A stretch of 63,824 nt of DNA, counting the filler, from Choristocarpus tenellus KU-1152 (Eukaryota; Protista; Phaeophyceae), in assembly GCA_964200185.2 (NCBI GenBank). It is 14 parts of 14 records of this genome, joined end to end, with 100 filler letters (N's around TTAATTAATTAA, not from the genome) between each part and the next. Parts side by side here need not be neighbours in the genome. Positions count along the whole stretch, not along the records: positions 48,370 to 52,995 come from CAXNAD020013736.1; positions 53,096 to 57,387 come from CAXNAD020015253.1; positions 57,488 to 60,965 come from CAXNAD020019762.1; positions 61,066 to 63,824 come from CAXNAD020024991.1; 10 more parts are not named here. One strand, written 5' to 3'. Below the pieces are notes generated by a model. That model ran no database searches and was not told the origin of the DNA. It saw only the letters and a program-made list of their open reading frames with translations. This document shows, in pieces, positions 50,096 through 62,479 of this stretch (its first letter is position 1; each line of letters begins with the position of its first letter). The position numbers were made by a program, and so were the translations under genes.

Positions 50096-52531
50096 CTGCA
50101 CAGTGACCTCTGCTGCTGACGGAAGAGGTACTGTGAGATACATAAATGGATCAAACGTAGTAGAAACCTTGAAGCAGTTATCCGTAGGGCATGTCACCAC
50201 CTGAATGGACAAAGATAAGAGTATGAAAACTGTTGTCAGAATGAAGACTTGATACGTCAGGATCAAAAGTAGCAGAAGCACATAACCTTCAGTCGCATTT
50301 TGTTTTTCCCAACTTCCCAACTCAAAGCAAGTGCTATCATGTATTACACCAAAAAAGTGTGAAACTCTTGCCCAGTCTGCCTCTCCCTATATAGCAGCAG
50401 TCACCTCCTAGTCCCCCATCGCAATATTCTTCCTAGGGAATCCGCACTGTTCAAAAATATGTGCATACGTGAAATAATTCGTCCATCCATTAATCCACCA
50501 TCATGAGAACATAAAAAACAAGCACCTTGGTGATTTTTTTGATGGTACTGACTGAAAACAAGAGACCTACCGACTTGAGCTGCCCTTGCATTGAATCCAC
50601 CACAAAGGAGTCGTTACGGCTGAGGTGAGCTTGCCATGCTCGATCTGCTGCGGCAAAGTCATTCTCTCCTGCCATGGCCTCAACCTGATTTAGAAAATCC
50701 CAAGGGTAGGCGTTGTTGTGAAGTGAATAGGGACAATATGTGGTTGTATCAGTTCAGTGTTGTGCTTTGTCTGTGGGCTGAGGTGGGATGGTGGGGCTGA
50801 GGGTGTGTTCTGAGAACGGAGAATTGGGAACTCAGGGTAGATGAATAGTATGGGGGGCTGAATGTAGAGAACTGGGGGTGGAGGGTTGTGACAAAAACTG
50901 AAGGGTGAGAAGTGGGTAGGCCTCCAGGTCTGCAATCGCAAAATGCCAGAGAAGCACCTACCTCCCGTTGCAAAGAAAAGACGACACAAGTTGTTCTACC
51001 CTTGCATAATATTTGTTCAGAGTAATTGCAAGTTTTGTAAAGTATTGTAATACTTTCTAGTAGTACTCGAGAGTACAAAACAAAACTGCTTGTATAATTT
51101 TGGGGATGATTGACAGTTTCTCAAGATTCTGTTGCTCTTCTCCAACTCATTAAATACTTGACATTCCATGCCAATTCACTAACACATAGTGCTATATAGG
51201 ATTAAAAGCTGGAGACAAAAGGTAAGATGGTTTGAGTGCCATGCATGTTGTCCTTGTGTAGGGGACACCTTCTATGCTGCCAGAGCCTTGACATCCCACT
51301 CACAACAAAATATACTCCAAAGTCTCTTGACAATTCCAGTTCAAGAAATCAGAGTAATTGCGCAGGAGAGATGAGGTTCCACTTCCATTTTCCTATCTTA
51401 GTATATCAATAGGAAGAAATGATATCAACTCTTGCTGTCAAAAGCTCCTTTCACAGTTGTTTCATTTGGGTGATAAATATTCTCTTTATCTCTCCAGCTT
51501 GTCTCCAGTGACCCTCTGGTGAAAAACAGTTGACATGAACATCCTTGTCATGCTGAAGCGCTCAGTGTGAAAGTGAAGAAGAAACTTTGACTCCTGTCTC
51601 CATCCCTTCTTGAAGGCTTGACGGTCGTGGAAAAGAAGGTGCTACAAACTCTTCCATTTTCTCCATACAGCTGTTGAAGTGAACTATAATATTCTGATGC
51701 TGTTACCCTAATGTCTTCTTTCTTTACTATCTCTACTGTGCTATGTATTCACTCCTTAGCCTCCAAAAACCATACTGTTCTAAGCTGTTTCAATGTAACA
51801 CATTATGTCTCCACTAACCCTAAACCTAACTCATATAGTTGAGCTGCCAAACTTGTCATGTATCCTGATCATTGCAAGATCTAATGTAACCACTCAGCAG
51901 TGTAGTGAGTACTGCTAACCCATTCCAGAAACAGGATAAGTTAATCTTTAGAGGAGACCAACAAATTAGAACACAACAACTGGTTAATAAAGCGCGGATA
52001 TTATAAAGGTTGCACAGCCTGGAACTACTGGGGGAGTATATATAGTAAACAATAATAAGCTCTGATCTTAATAACATGGCCGACAGCGATGGGATTCTGA
52101 ATTGAGCAACTTCTGAATGAACTGAAACTGATATGTTCATTGTCTGAAGTATCTTAGAGGGTACAGGTTCTTCCCTGTTTGTCCATTTGGGGCTTGGATT
52201 ACCATAGGTTTTTTATGATCTTTTACTTATTCCTAAATGTTTCGGAGTAGGTAAAATGTGTATGCTATGAGTAGGTGTGTCCGGAACAAGGATATTGACA
52301 CTTCCTAACAAACACGATAGCCAAAATTACACCAAAATCGCAGCATTGGATTTTGGGTCCAAACAGATGCGGCATTACCCTCTAAGATGCGTTGACTCCA
52401 GTTGTTACTATTATGCAGTCCTACAAACCTCCAAAAACGTCCAGGGCATACCTCACCTTCTCAACATAGGGTTTGCTGTGGATGCAATTGACGTCCTCGT
52501 GAATCGCATCCAACAAATAGGCGATCAGTTC
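50096..52531 (-). CDS. Ubiquitin-specific protease (peptidase C19, USP4/11/15-like), three internal exons (52531-52457, 50684-50571, 50200-50096)
   Basis: ELIAYLLDAIHEDVN.I.SKPYVEK | …AWQAHLSRNDSFVVDSMQGQLKS | VVTCP…KVSTTFDPFMYLTVPLP are canonical USP boxes. Junctions are phase 0. Confidence 0.93.
52141..52398. mobile_element. MITE family C, intronic in the USP gene
   Basis: AAGTATCTTAGAGGGTA … TACCCTCTAAGATGCGTTGACTC, with internal sequence matching the other C copies. Confidence 0.85.
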
Positions 52532-53405
52532 CTGACTGAAGAGCAGATATGCGCATGTGGACACAGAGAAAGAGTGAGAAACATGCGAAACAAGTGTGTA
52601 CTTGAAAAAATTGACAGACATAACCATGCACTCACATTGCTGTTGCCTTCAGTTTTCATCATGCATTGCCCAAGGGTTCCTATTACAATGTCTGTAAGGA
52701 GAAGGCGCAAAGTCATAATGCACCATAGGACTATCCCAAAACGATTTCCTCTTGAACATCAAAATCATTTTGATAGTGCGTTAGACTTGAGTGAGGGCCA
52801 AGGTTCCTATCTTCCAACTAGTCAATTTCATTGCGCCCCCCTGTCCCATAGAACAAATCGAACTCTTACGAATGTTGGGAAAATATTGACTTCATACCAT
52901 TAGCATCACAACACCTGTGGCCAGTCCTTCATGGCTTATCTATTTTATTTGTAACTACGACTTACGAAGTATATCTTTTCACAAGGGGGGGGGGGNNNNN
53001 NNNNNNNNNNNNNNNNNNNNNNNNNNNNNNNNNNNNNNNTTAATTAATTAANNNNNNNNNNNNNNNNNNNNNNNNNNNNNNNNNNNNNNNNNNNNCCGCT
53101 CCATCCTCAATTTTGAGAATCCCCTGTTAATTCCAGAACGAAACTTTGGTGAATTGTGATGCCACTTTGTGTCTCTGGAAAGGGGAAATATGGCCTAGAT
53201 TGCACAAGGGCAAAAACCTGTCCACCTCCCAATTACGTTGGATCACAGCTGGAGCATCCAGCAAGAAGCACAAGTGGGAATTGATACCTCTAAGCTACTG
53301 GCGACATGCCTTACAGTGGATGATGGTCGAGGCGATAAAGTCCTGCCCAAGCGGTCATGAGAAAGTTCTCCTCTTACTTTCCACATTTGACCAAACCTGC
53401 CAGGA

Positions 53406-53667
53406 GACTCAAACCAATTGAGAGGTAGGCAATGTTGCACGTTAAGGATCACAAGAGGAGGCCAACAAGAACAACGTTCTGTACAATTCCAGAAAGAGCA
53501 TTTGTTTAATCGTGGTGTCATTTTGGGTGTGGAAAGGGGGAGTGTCAATTTTTGCGTATACTATTGCGCACATCAAGTAATGAAATAGAGTATATTGCAC
53601 AGGGTTAGAGAGATGGCTTGGGATGCAAAAGGGTCCAAACTTGCCACCTCTCTAGTTGGTTTGGCTC
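53406..53667 (-). mobile_element. MITE family E with 4-bp TSD AGGA
   Basis: GACTCAAACCAATTGAGAGGTAGGCA … TAGTTGGTTTGGCTC. AGGA at 53402-53405 and 53668-53671. Confidence 0.9.
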
Positions 53668-54759
53668 AGGAGTGCTTTGACAGTTACTCTTGTCCAGCAG
53701 ACTTTAGGAGTGTGAATGTTCTCATCATCTGGGAGTATTGGAACAAAAGGCTAGAGAAGTAGACTGGGTGTCGACAATTAGCTGCTCCTTGTCTACTTTC
53801 GCAGGACCTGGCTGACTGAATGGGTGCGGAGTCGTAGCGGGCTGCCGGTGATGCCAAGAAGACAGCTGCCACCGGGAGGGTGTGGGAATCCAGTTATAGC
53901 AGCAGTAGAGTATTTACTGTACCTACATCTACGTCTTTCATTTTTCTAGATTCAAGAGTCATAGTGGCAGTAGTCCAAAGTCCAGTTAACTGCACAATTG
54001 TTCCCTGCTTCTAATTACTTCAATTGGTGTTATCATAAAATATGGCTGCTACTGCTGCTGCTGTTGCTGTGCTCAAATAGTTGTACTTGTTGCATGGAGA
54101 ACGAACGGTCTTTGTTCCTTGTTGCATGATAGCTGTGAGTTGTAAGCGATGGTAGAGACTCTGTCGTTCGTTGTTGTGGTGTTCATTGCGCGTGTTATTT
54201 TGTTGGTATCTTCTGTCCTCTACAATTGCACTGGCATCTCAAGAATATTGGTGGACATGTAGTGAGAGTACTAACAAAGTACAGCAGTATTTAGTTTTTA
54301 AATAAACTCCACTTTTCCTCTTGATAACCCCTCAGCCCCACGCAGATTCTTCGTGCTTCTTGAGCAAAGCATACAATATGGTAAGCAGTCAATATGTTAC
54401 TCTGCCTCAGATATGGCAAGAGATGGTTTTTGTCGTACTGGAGAAGGGCACACAAGTGAGTGTAAGTCAACATTCTCGAGCCTCTAGCGGGACAAGTCAA
54501 CAACCAGAGGAAGCTTCGATCCAATTGAGTTGACTCGATCGAATCCTTTTGTCGAAATGACAAAAAAAGTACGCCACTCACCATTAATTGTTTTGCTTCA
54601 CAACAACAATGAATCATTGCGTCAAAACATTGTATGATACACTAAACGATTCCCGAAGAAATACAAATATTGGAGCAGTTCAAACTGTCTCGCCACTAAC
54701 ACATTCAACGGTAGGTTGCACCATTTCTTTGCACCACCTCTTCGTGACAAGGTCCTAAC

Positions 54760-57120
54760 CTCCCTACAGTATTCAGCGAAACATTGCTGTTCTGTTTTCA
54801 TGATATTTTGTCCTGGGAACACAAACAAAGAGCAATTTCTGAGTGCTCTCGTGATATGACACGCAGCAAGTCCTGGGGCACCACTACACTCGTCTCTTCC
54901 CCCAAGGAAGCTGTTCAAGAGTGATTTGGTGCTGCTCCAGTCCCCTCCCTGAACATTAACACCCACAGCAATTCGGAAGACGTGTATTGATAGTTATGAG
55001 CACCGGAAGTACCCTAACCCTAATCCAAAATGGCACATCAGTAGTGCACACCATACCGTGCTAGGCAACCATTACTATAGCTTGATCCGTGCAAGTAAAG
55101 TGGCCTTCCTATCTAAATATTGAAGAATAAATAAATATATTGGAGTCAGGTAGATACTCTCTGTATGGAGTAGTAGCACTCTGCAAGACAGCACACCAAT
55201 AGCAAGTACATCCACAGTTTATAAGAAAGGGTCAGGGATGATGCCCACACGCAAAGATGGCTTTCACTTGTTTACTCACCCACACCATCAACAAAAATCA
55301 CATCCACCACTACCCCCCTTTCACCAACATGCTCCCTTTCAAGTGACTATCGCGTGGTTTGAGATTATCAGCCCTGGGCCGATACCGATCGACCCAAGCG
55401 ACCTGGTCGCCACAGATGGATGGAGAGGCCAGGCCGGGCCCTGAACTCAATCGAGTATTCCGTCGTGCGGACAGGCTCTCACTGCCTCGCCTCTTGGGGT
55501 GGTTGGGAATCATCACCATGGGACGTTTGGCCAGTACAACAGCCTTGGACTGATTCTGGTGGTGCGAGATGAGGTTCAACAGAGATTTGTTACTAATAGG
55601 AAGAGCATAGTGAGAGGGTATAATACATGTGCTCAATACACACCTCAGTATGTAACTGGATATTATCAACTAACATTAGAAGAAACAGCACCCCTGGTGG
55701 GATTGAGGTAGGAAAGTGCGCTTCTTTCTTCAATCAATAACATTGAGTGGTACAGCAAGAGTAGAATATCCCTCACGTTATCTGGTTTGTTGCTGGCCTC
55801 GTAGCCCAAGTCCTCCAGGGATTGGAGGGTTCTTGACACTGCCTTCACGATGTATCGGACAGCAACCTTCTGGGTATCCTCAGAGACTACCGCATTATCC
55901 GTTCGCCTGAAGGACGAGATGGGATGCAAGGTGGTATGGTTTGTGCAGCAAGATAGTGCAGAACGCATAAGGGAGTCAAATCGTACCGTAGGTGACCATA
56001 GCAGGAACAGAGTATGGACCTGTCGTTCATACTTTGATCTCGAATTAGTGACTAGATATGCACAATATGAACAGTTACACCAGAATGGTGATGACACGAT
56101 TTGGCGAACAAATAAGAAACAAACTCCGCCATCTCAAAACGCTACAACAACAACAATTTCTCCACTACTGTTGGAAAGTATGGTTCAGAGTAGGACTACT
56201 AATGGATACCACATAGAGACACAAATGTATGTACGTAAATATATATATATATATATGTATGGTGTGATCAAAGACCCGGCATGAAAGAAGTAGTAAACAA
56301 ATGGAGCTCTATATATAGTATGATTATTAGCCCTTTCTTCCCCTGGACAGCCTTCCACGAGTCGCTGACCTCATCTTGGACACCAACAGCGCATCTTTCT
56401 TCACATGTTCAAGGAGTGTCGATTTCAGATAGCTCTATATTTTCAAGCTATAATATATGGAAGTAGGTGACCGATTGAAGTACATGCTCGAAACACTGAC
56501 GTCGTTCTTCGAAAAGGTGGAGCTCTACTCTGTGTGATAATCAGAGTACATATTAATTTTATTGTTGTACTACTTAAAGCTGTGTGTGTGTCGTTTGGGA
56601 GACTTCGTTTTAATGCCTGGGACAACGAGTGTTCCATCAATGCGATACGGTACTATTAATTGGTCTATATACAAGTATTAATAGTGGAGAGCAACCTGTC
56701 TCCTTCGATTTATAGCGCTAGAAGACACTTCTAACTGGAAATACACTCGAAGCGTCGACAGAAGTGTGGAAAAAGAAATGCTGTGGACGCTTGTCCAACG
56801 AGAGTTGGTCTCACATTATCTGACCGTCGACTCTCTTGGCAATGATTGCCAATAGCTCCAGTACAGTTTGGGCCACCTCGTCAGTGCCAGGCCTCCCGTT
56901 GAATATGGTGGGGCTTGCCTTGAGGGCGGACGCACGAAACTTTATCACCCTCAAGAGCATCGACAGAGAGAGTTCTTCGCTCGATGCGACTTCAATGATA
57001 CTACTAAGGGACTTTCTCGCTCCCACTATGCTGCTCGCATATTAACTAACATACCCAAAGGGCTTGGTCTCGGCTCCATCTCGTGGAAGGGCTGCGGTGG
57101 CACGCACTCGTCAGCCACCT
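54760..57120 (-). pseudogene. Multi-exon gene fragment of unknown family, possibly degenerate
   Basis: Exon-like blocks at about 57120-56814 (…SIIEVASSEELSLSMLLRVIKF…), 56435-56370, 55906-55675 (RTDNAVVSED…LLIEER), 55554-55403 and 54968-54760, with plausible splice sites. An apparent frameshift lies near 57040 and not all phases join. Confidence 0.45.
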
Positions 57121-57737
57121 GCATTGGTGCGAGGAAAGGTTATTCGGGAGTTGTTCAAGGGCTTGTCAAGAATCGGTTGTGCCTGCTTTGTATCGGTCGA
57201 CCAACAAGAAGCACACGTCTAGACGAAGGTCAGGAGAGGAGGGGAGTATTTTTTAGAAATGCGCAGCTTACTGCACATTACCAGGTGGGGCATATCTCCG
57301 TTGTAACCACCAGTTCGCCTTACCACCCCACCGTCGGCGAGGGTCTGGGGCTAGGTGTACGCGGGCGAAGGATATGCAGATGCGGAANNNNNNNNNNNNN
57401 NNNNNNNNNNNNNNNNNNNNNNNNNNNNNNNTTAATTAATTAANNNNNNNNNNNNNNNNNNNNNNNNNNNNNNNNNNNNNNNNNNNNCCCCCCCACCCCA
57501 GATACTTTGGGTCTTGAAGTTGTATAATGCAGACAAGAATCAGGACTGTTATGGAGAATGATGAAAGAACAATTAGTATCAATTTGCTTCTTCTTCAGTC
57601 TAGTTTTTTGTGGCATGCAGATACCTCTGTCATCACTGTCCAGTCACAGTGTTAAAGTACATCAACCAAAGACAGATTGCTTACATATCATCGGATATTG
57701 ACATAGAAATATAACCGAAACAACAGCTACTAGCACA

Positions 57738-58000
57738 GAGTTAAATCGATTGAGAGATAGGCAGCTCTGGACCCAATTGCATTCTAAGTCATCTTTCTTT
57801 CCCTGTACAACACACTCTAAACAGTTCCATTGCTTAATGTGCACAATAATAGTTTATGCAAAATTGATATCCCCCCTTTCCACACATAAAATGACACCAT
57901 AATTGAGCAAATGCTTCTGCAATTATACTAAATGCGTCTTTCTGCCCTTTCTCGGGATCCTTAAAATGCAACGTTGCCTACCTCTCAGTTGGTTTGACTA
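57738..58000. mobile_element. MITE family E
   Basis: GAGTTAAATCGATTGAGAGATAGGCA … TGCCTACCTCTCAGTTGGTTTGACTA. Confidence 0.87.
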
Positions 58001-61000
58001 ACACTCCAAAATACATGAAGGGACTCTCACTTTCAGCTTGGTTTGGAATAACTCCATTGAGAGCTCAGATTTTTTTTTTGCCTGGACTCTGCAACATCCA
58101 GAGAAGTTGCAACCCCCTCGCGCATTCTTCGTGTAAAGGAAAGCAGCCAAATCCTAATGCTGCGCCTTTGTGCATTGTTGACTGGGGGATCCTGCAGCAA
58201 AATGATTGCAGAGTTCACAGAAAAGGTATGAAGTCAGAAAATGAGGCCACCAACCTCTCATGAAGCAGCAGCTGCTGTCCCAGTCATCTGAGAAGGCAAA
58301 TCATGATAAAATCATACAACACACCGGGGTCAGATGACACCTGGATATAAATTGGTAATTCAGTAGCCCTCGTTTATCTCACAAAATACAAGATTCACCC
58401 TTTCTTATAAAGCTATCCCTTAGGTACTTCAGAAGCAAACCCAAGGGTGTGAGGCGGATATCTAGAGTAACAACAAGCAGGCTACCTGAGCAATGGTACA
58501 AGGAAAAGATGCTAATGGGACTACAAGCGCTGCCACCAGCAGAAGCAAGCGACTGGGACGCATGCCGATATGGAGTGACTGGAGCACCAGCCTGTGAACG
58601 AGGGTCATGGAGAGATCAACAAGGAGTGGTGACCAGAGTATCGAGGGGGTCAAAGACGGAAGGGTGTGAGAATTTAGAGTGGGTGAGTAGAGTTGAGGAT
58701 AGGAGAAATGAACGCGAAAAAAAAAGGCAGCGAAAAGGGTTGGGATACAAAGGTAGAGAGGGTTTGTGGGAAGGTATTGCTCCATAGGTCAGATACATAC
58801 TCGTCATGATGAAAATAGAGTGGACCTAAATGCAGTTGGATGTAGCATGAGGCAATCAATCGAACAAAAGAGGTACTTATTCTAGATCGGAAAGAAAAGA
58901 AGACAATAGAGAGCCTGGACGAGTGGGGCTGCCAATAGTAATGAGCGAGAGGGTGAGGAACGACGGGGAAAAGCTTAACCTAGCATCATGTTTGGATTGT
59001 TCGTACCGCGGTAGTTAATCCGCTGGGTCTACCCCTTGAAATGGACTCAAGATAGACCCAGTCGGGTTGATGGATCAAATATCCTGGGCACATTCATCCA
59101 TCCCACGCGACTTCCTAAGCTAACAATTTCTATGTACTTTCAAGCTGCTGCCCCTAAGCGTGCATAGCTGATACCCTAGCAGAATGCGCCCCTCAAGCAA
59201 GCACAACAGGGGAAATCCTAGCCCAAGCTGAGAACGCATCATCAAACAGCTTTGCCTCACACCTTTCTCAGTCCTGGACTTCCAGTGAAGCTTCGTCCAT
59301 GTGTCGTAACAGACCTCTCATCTCTTAACACTAAAAATGAAGGCAAAATGCTGTCACAGGGCTATGGAGATTACAGCATTAAGTCATGGCGAAAGCATGT
59401 GCTCCACCAAGAACTAACATGCTCCAAGCAGCTCCAAACTTTGATAAAATCACAAATAGATAGATGATATTTCTACAGAATTGTGAAACTGTCCAAAAAA
59501 CATTTTGTATTAATTTTAACTATTACTATCACAACATACCCTACTTCGACTCTGCTTCATGTATCATACACATATCGAAGAATTCGATTATCGACCTACA
59601 AAATCATGTGTGGGTATTCTAGTATGCCCCGTATGTGGACAACTTCGACCTCCAATGTATGTGTTCAACACGGAATTCTAAACTAATCGATTGAAGTCAT
59701 CATAGACGACCAAAGCCGTACCACACAAGAAAAAACAACCCACATTCTATTTTTTATTACCCACATTCTATATGATGAACTGACCACACAACAACGTTCA
59801 ACAAAAAAATATTCAATAAAAAATTGTGGGACTACATCGTGCAACGGTATGTATGGTAGATGTGGGAAGGGGGATATCTGACGAAAGTAACAGATATCCA
59901 TACTCCTTCGGATCTACTGGTTACATACAGGGCATCTTTTTTGGAATGGGACGAACTACCCAGTTTTCGATGTTACATCGAAGGAGAATGGAGTCAGTTT
60001 ATGTTTGTTGTCGTGACCTTTATCGCACGAAGGCGAGCTGCGCGATCTATTCGCTTTTTCTTTGTTATTTTATTATTATGCCCTCTGACATTTTGCAGAT
60101 GTGTCAGGGGGAAACCAATGAAAACTATATACATATTTTTATATAAAATGTCGTAAACATAAGAATACTATATTTCTTTGTTATCATTCTCCCCACTCGC
60201 ATTACCTTCCTTCTCCTTATCATACTTGACACTTGATAGTACACCGACTACTGGGCAGACAAGGACCCCTCAGAGATTTTTGGTTTGGTTTGCACTCCGT
60301 ATCCTCAGCGGCTGATGTTCATCAGCAGTATGGCACTGTTGCGATCTGTCAGGAAATCTGTTTGTAGGCATTGGTACCAACAAGAACTACTTTTGCAACC
60401 TACTTCCTTCCACTTGAAATGTTAAAATGGACAATGTAAGGTTGTCGTTCAAGGTATATGTGAGTGCGTGAGGGTAACGACTTCTGTTCATTGGACCTTC
60501 AGAATCGTGGAAGACGTTGGTTGCCGGTGCAAGATCCAAGCGACCAAGGTGGGAGTGTAGCCTGTCCTCCATTTTTGTTACCATGTTCTTTAGATGTCTG
60601 TGCCTCAGACTAACGTGTGGCGAAGCTTTCTTTCTTTAGTGAGTATCCCTCGCAACAACGTCCTCTTGTGTGGGTGGCCCGCGGACTTTCTCGTTTCAAA
60701 TCTTTTCTTCACGAACTGTTAACAGAATTTCACCCATCTCGACAATTACACATACTCACGCAAACCTGTTCCTACTAGGCTGTTGCTTCGTAATCCTGCT
60801 ATGTACTCCTGTGCCTCATTTGCACCAACCACACATAATGGGATACTGCTGGCTTTCTATGTCCGGGATGGACTACTACAGGGTGCAATGCTGGGAGTGG
60901 GTGTAGGTAGCGGGGGGGGGCTGCGGGGGGAAAAGGAGGGGAGGGGAAGCTCCGCGAGTTCGTAANNNNNNNNNNNNNNNNNNNNNNNNNNNNNNNNNNN

Positions 61001-62207
61001 NNNNNNNNNTTAATTAATTAANNNNNNNNNNNNNNNNNNNNNNNNNNNNNNNNNNNNNNNNNNNNCTGCAACTCCGCCTCCCACTACCACTGCGCTTTCC
61101 CCACCGGGAGAATATCCCTTCGTTTGCACGGTGTTGCCCTCCTCCAGCGTGTTCTCTGCCGTTGGTTTTGTAGGCGTGATCTCACTCTGCTCCCCAACCT
61201 GTGTGGAAGAAAAAACGGCAGAATCTAATGGACGGTGTTGGGGCATTTCTTTGTGGGCATTTCAACACCGTCATGTTTTCACTCCGAAAACTACACAATA
61301 AGGTAATGTCCCTGCTGAAACATAGTCAAAGGTACCCGAAATACCGAGAATAACTATAACTGCTTCTAACTACAGGAGATAGGTTGGAGATAATATGCTT
61401 GAACGGACGTTCAACTTGTAACTCGGTACTGAAAAAAAGTCTTCCTCCTTCGGCGAATCTTACCACAATCCCTACAGTGCTCACGTCCGAGCTCCCTGGC
61501 GGGGGGCAGGTGCATTGATTTCCTGGTGCAACAGCTCTAAACTCAGTCTCATTGCAGAATTCCTCCATACCCAACGTACGGAACACCAACGCACCAACAA
61601 GAGCTGCGAACAGTATCTCTAACACTCTAGTGATCGAACATTGACCACATTGGACGGCCATAGCTCTTGATGAAGAGAGAGTGTAGGTTGTCAAACACTC
61701 CAAAGCCTGTTTGTTCTATGAGATACCACCCTATACAACTTCAAGACATTGATCGAGTTGGGTTCAATCTACCAAATGTCCCGATAGTTTGAATTGGGGA
61801 TGGGTGAATCGATATATCGGTAGAAGAAGATAGGAAGTGTGTAGTTGGTGTATGAAACAAAATAGATTAGTGTTATTTCACATTTCATAGTGTTTTATAG
61901 TATTATTACATTTATGATATTATATTTCCTTAGGGCTTACACTGAGGTAGGTAGGTATGTATAGCCTTTCATTTGTTTCTCCCTCGACACATCTACAAAT
62001 GTCAGAGGGAACAATTATAATATATGAAATATCATTCTTCGAAACAGTATTTATCAAACCATTACTTATCGAACCAGTATTCATCGAAAGATTCTTTATC
62101 AACACATGATTAATCGAGAACTTCGGTTGGACTGTGTGATAGATTTCTGTGTCTTACCACAACGTGTCTTTATGAGCATCGTTTTCTGAAGACGGATCTC
62201 CTATCTC

Positions 62208-62430
62208 TGTAGGGTTTCTGAAAAGAAACCCATCCAAATAGTGATCCTCCCCACTTCCTCAGTTCCCCACTTTTCCCTGCAAGTCATTTCAGTCTTGAAT
62301 ACTTCTCTAACAATGACCTCGTCTTCTCGGTTATGGTTCGTCTCTGTTTGTCTGGCCGGTCTTGACCGGTGATTTCCTTCCCTACCCTTCCCTGAGTGAA
62401 CCACGCCGTCACAGAGTCACACGATTCACA
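62208..62430 (+). mobile_element. Putative 5' LTR of a Gypsy element
   Basis: The 3' end (…CACGATTCACA) is defined by two other copies and is followed by the PBS-like TTGACGAC. The 5' TG start is inferred. Confidence 0.65.
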
Positions 62431-62479
62431 TTGACGACACAGGTGACCTCAAAAAATAGGGTGATGGGAATTTTTTTCT

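Noticed and set aside
55011-55026. Telomere-like CCCTAA repeats (also near 2065 and 51817)
   Set aside because: Only about two units each, which is expected by chance or slippage.
58989-59031. Resemblance to LSU rRNA (TTGGATTGTTC…GCTGGGT)
   Set aside because: Only two short words match and the flanks do not follow rRNA sequence.
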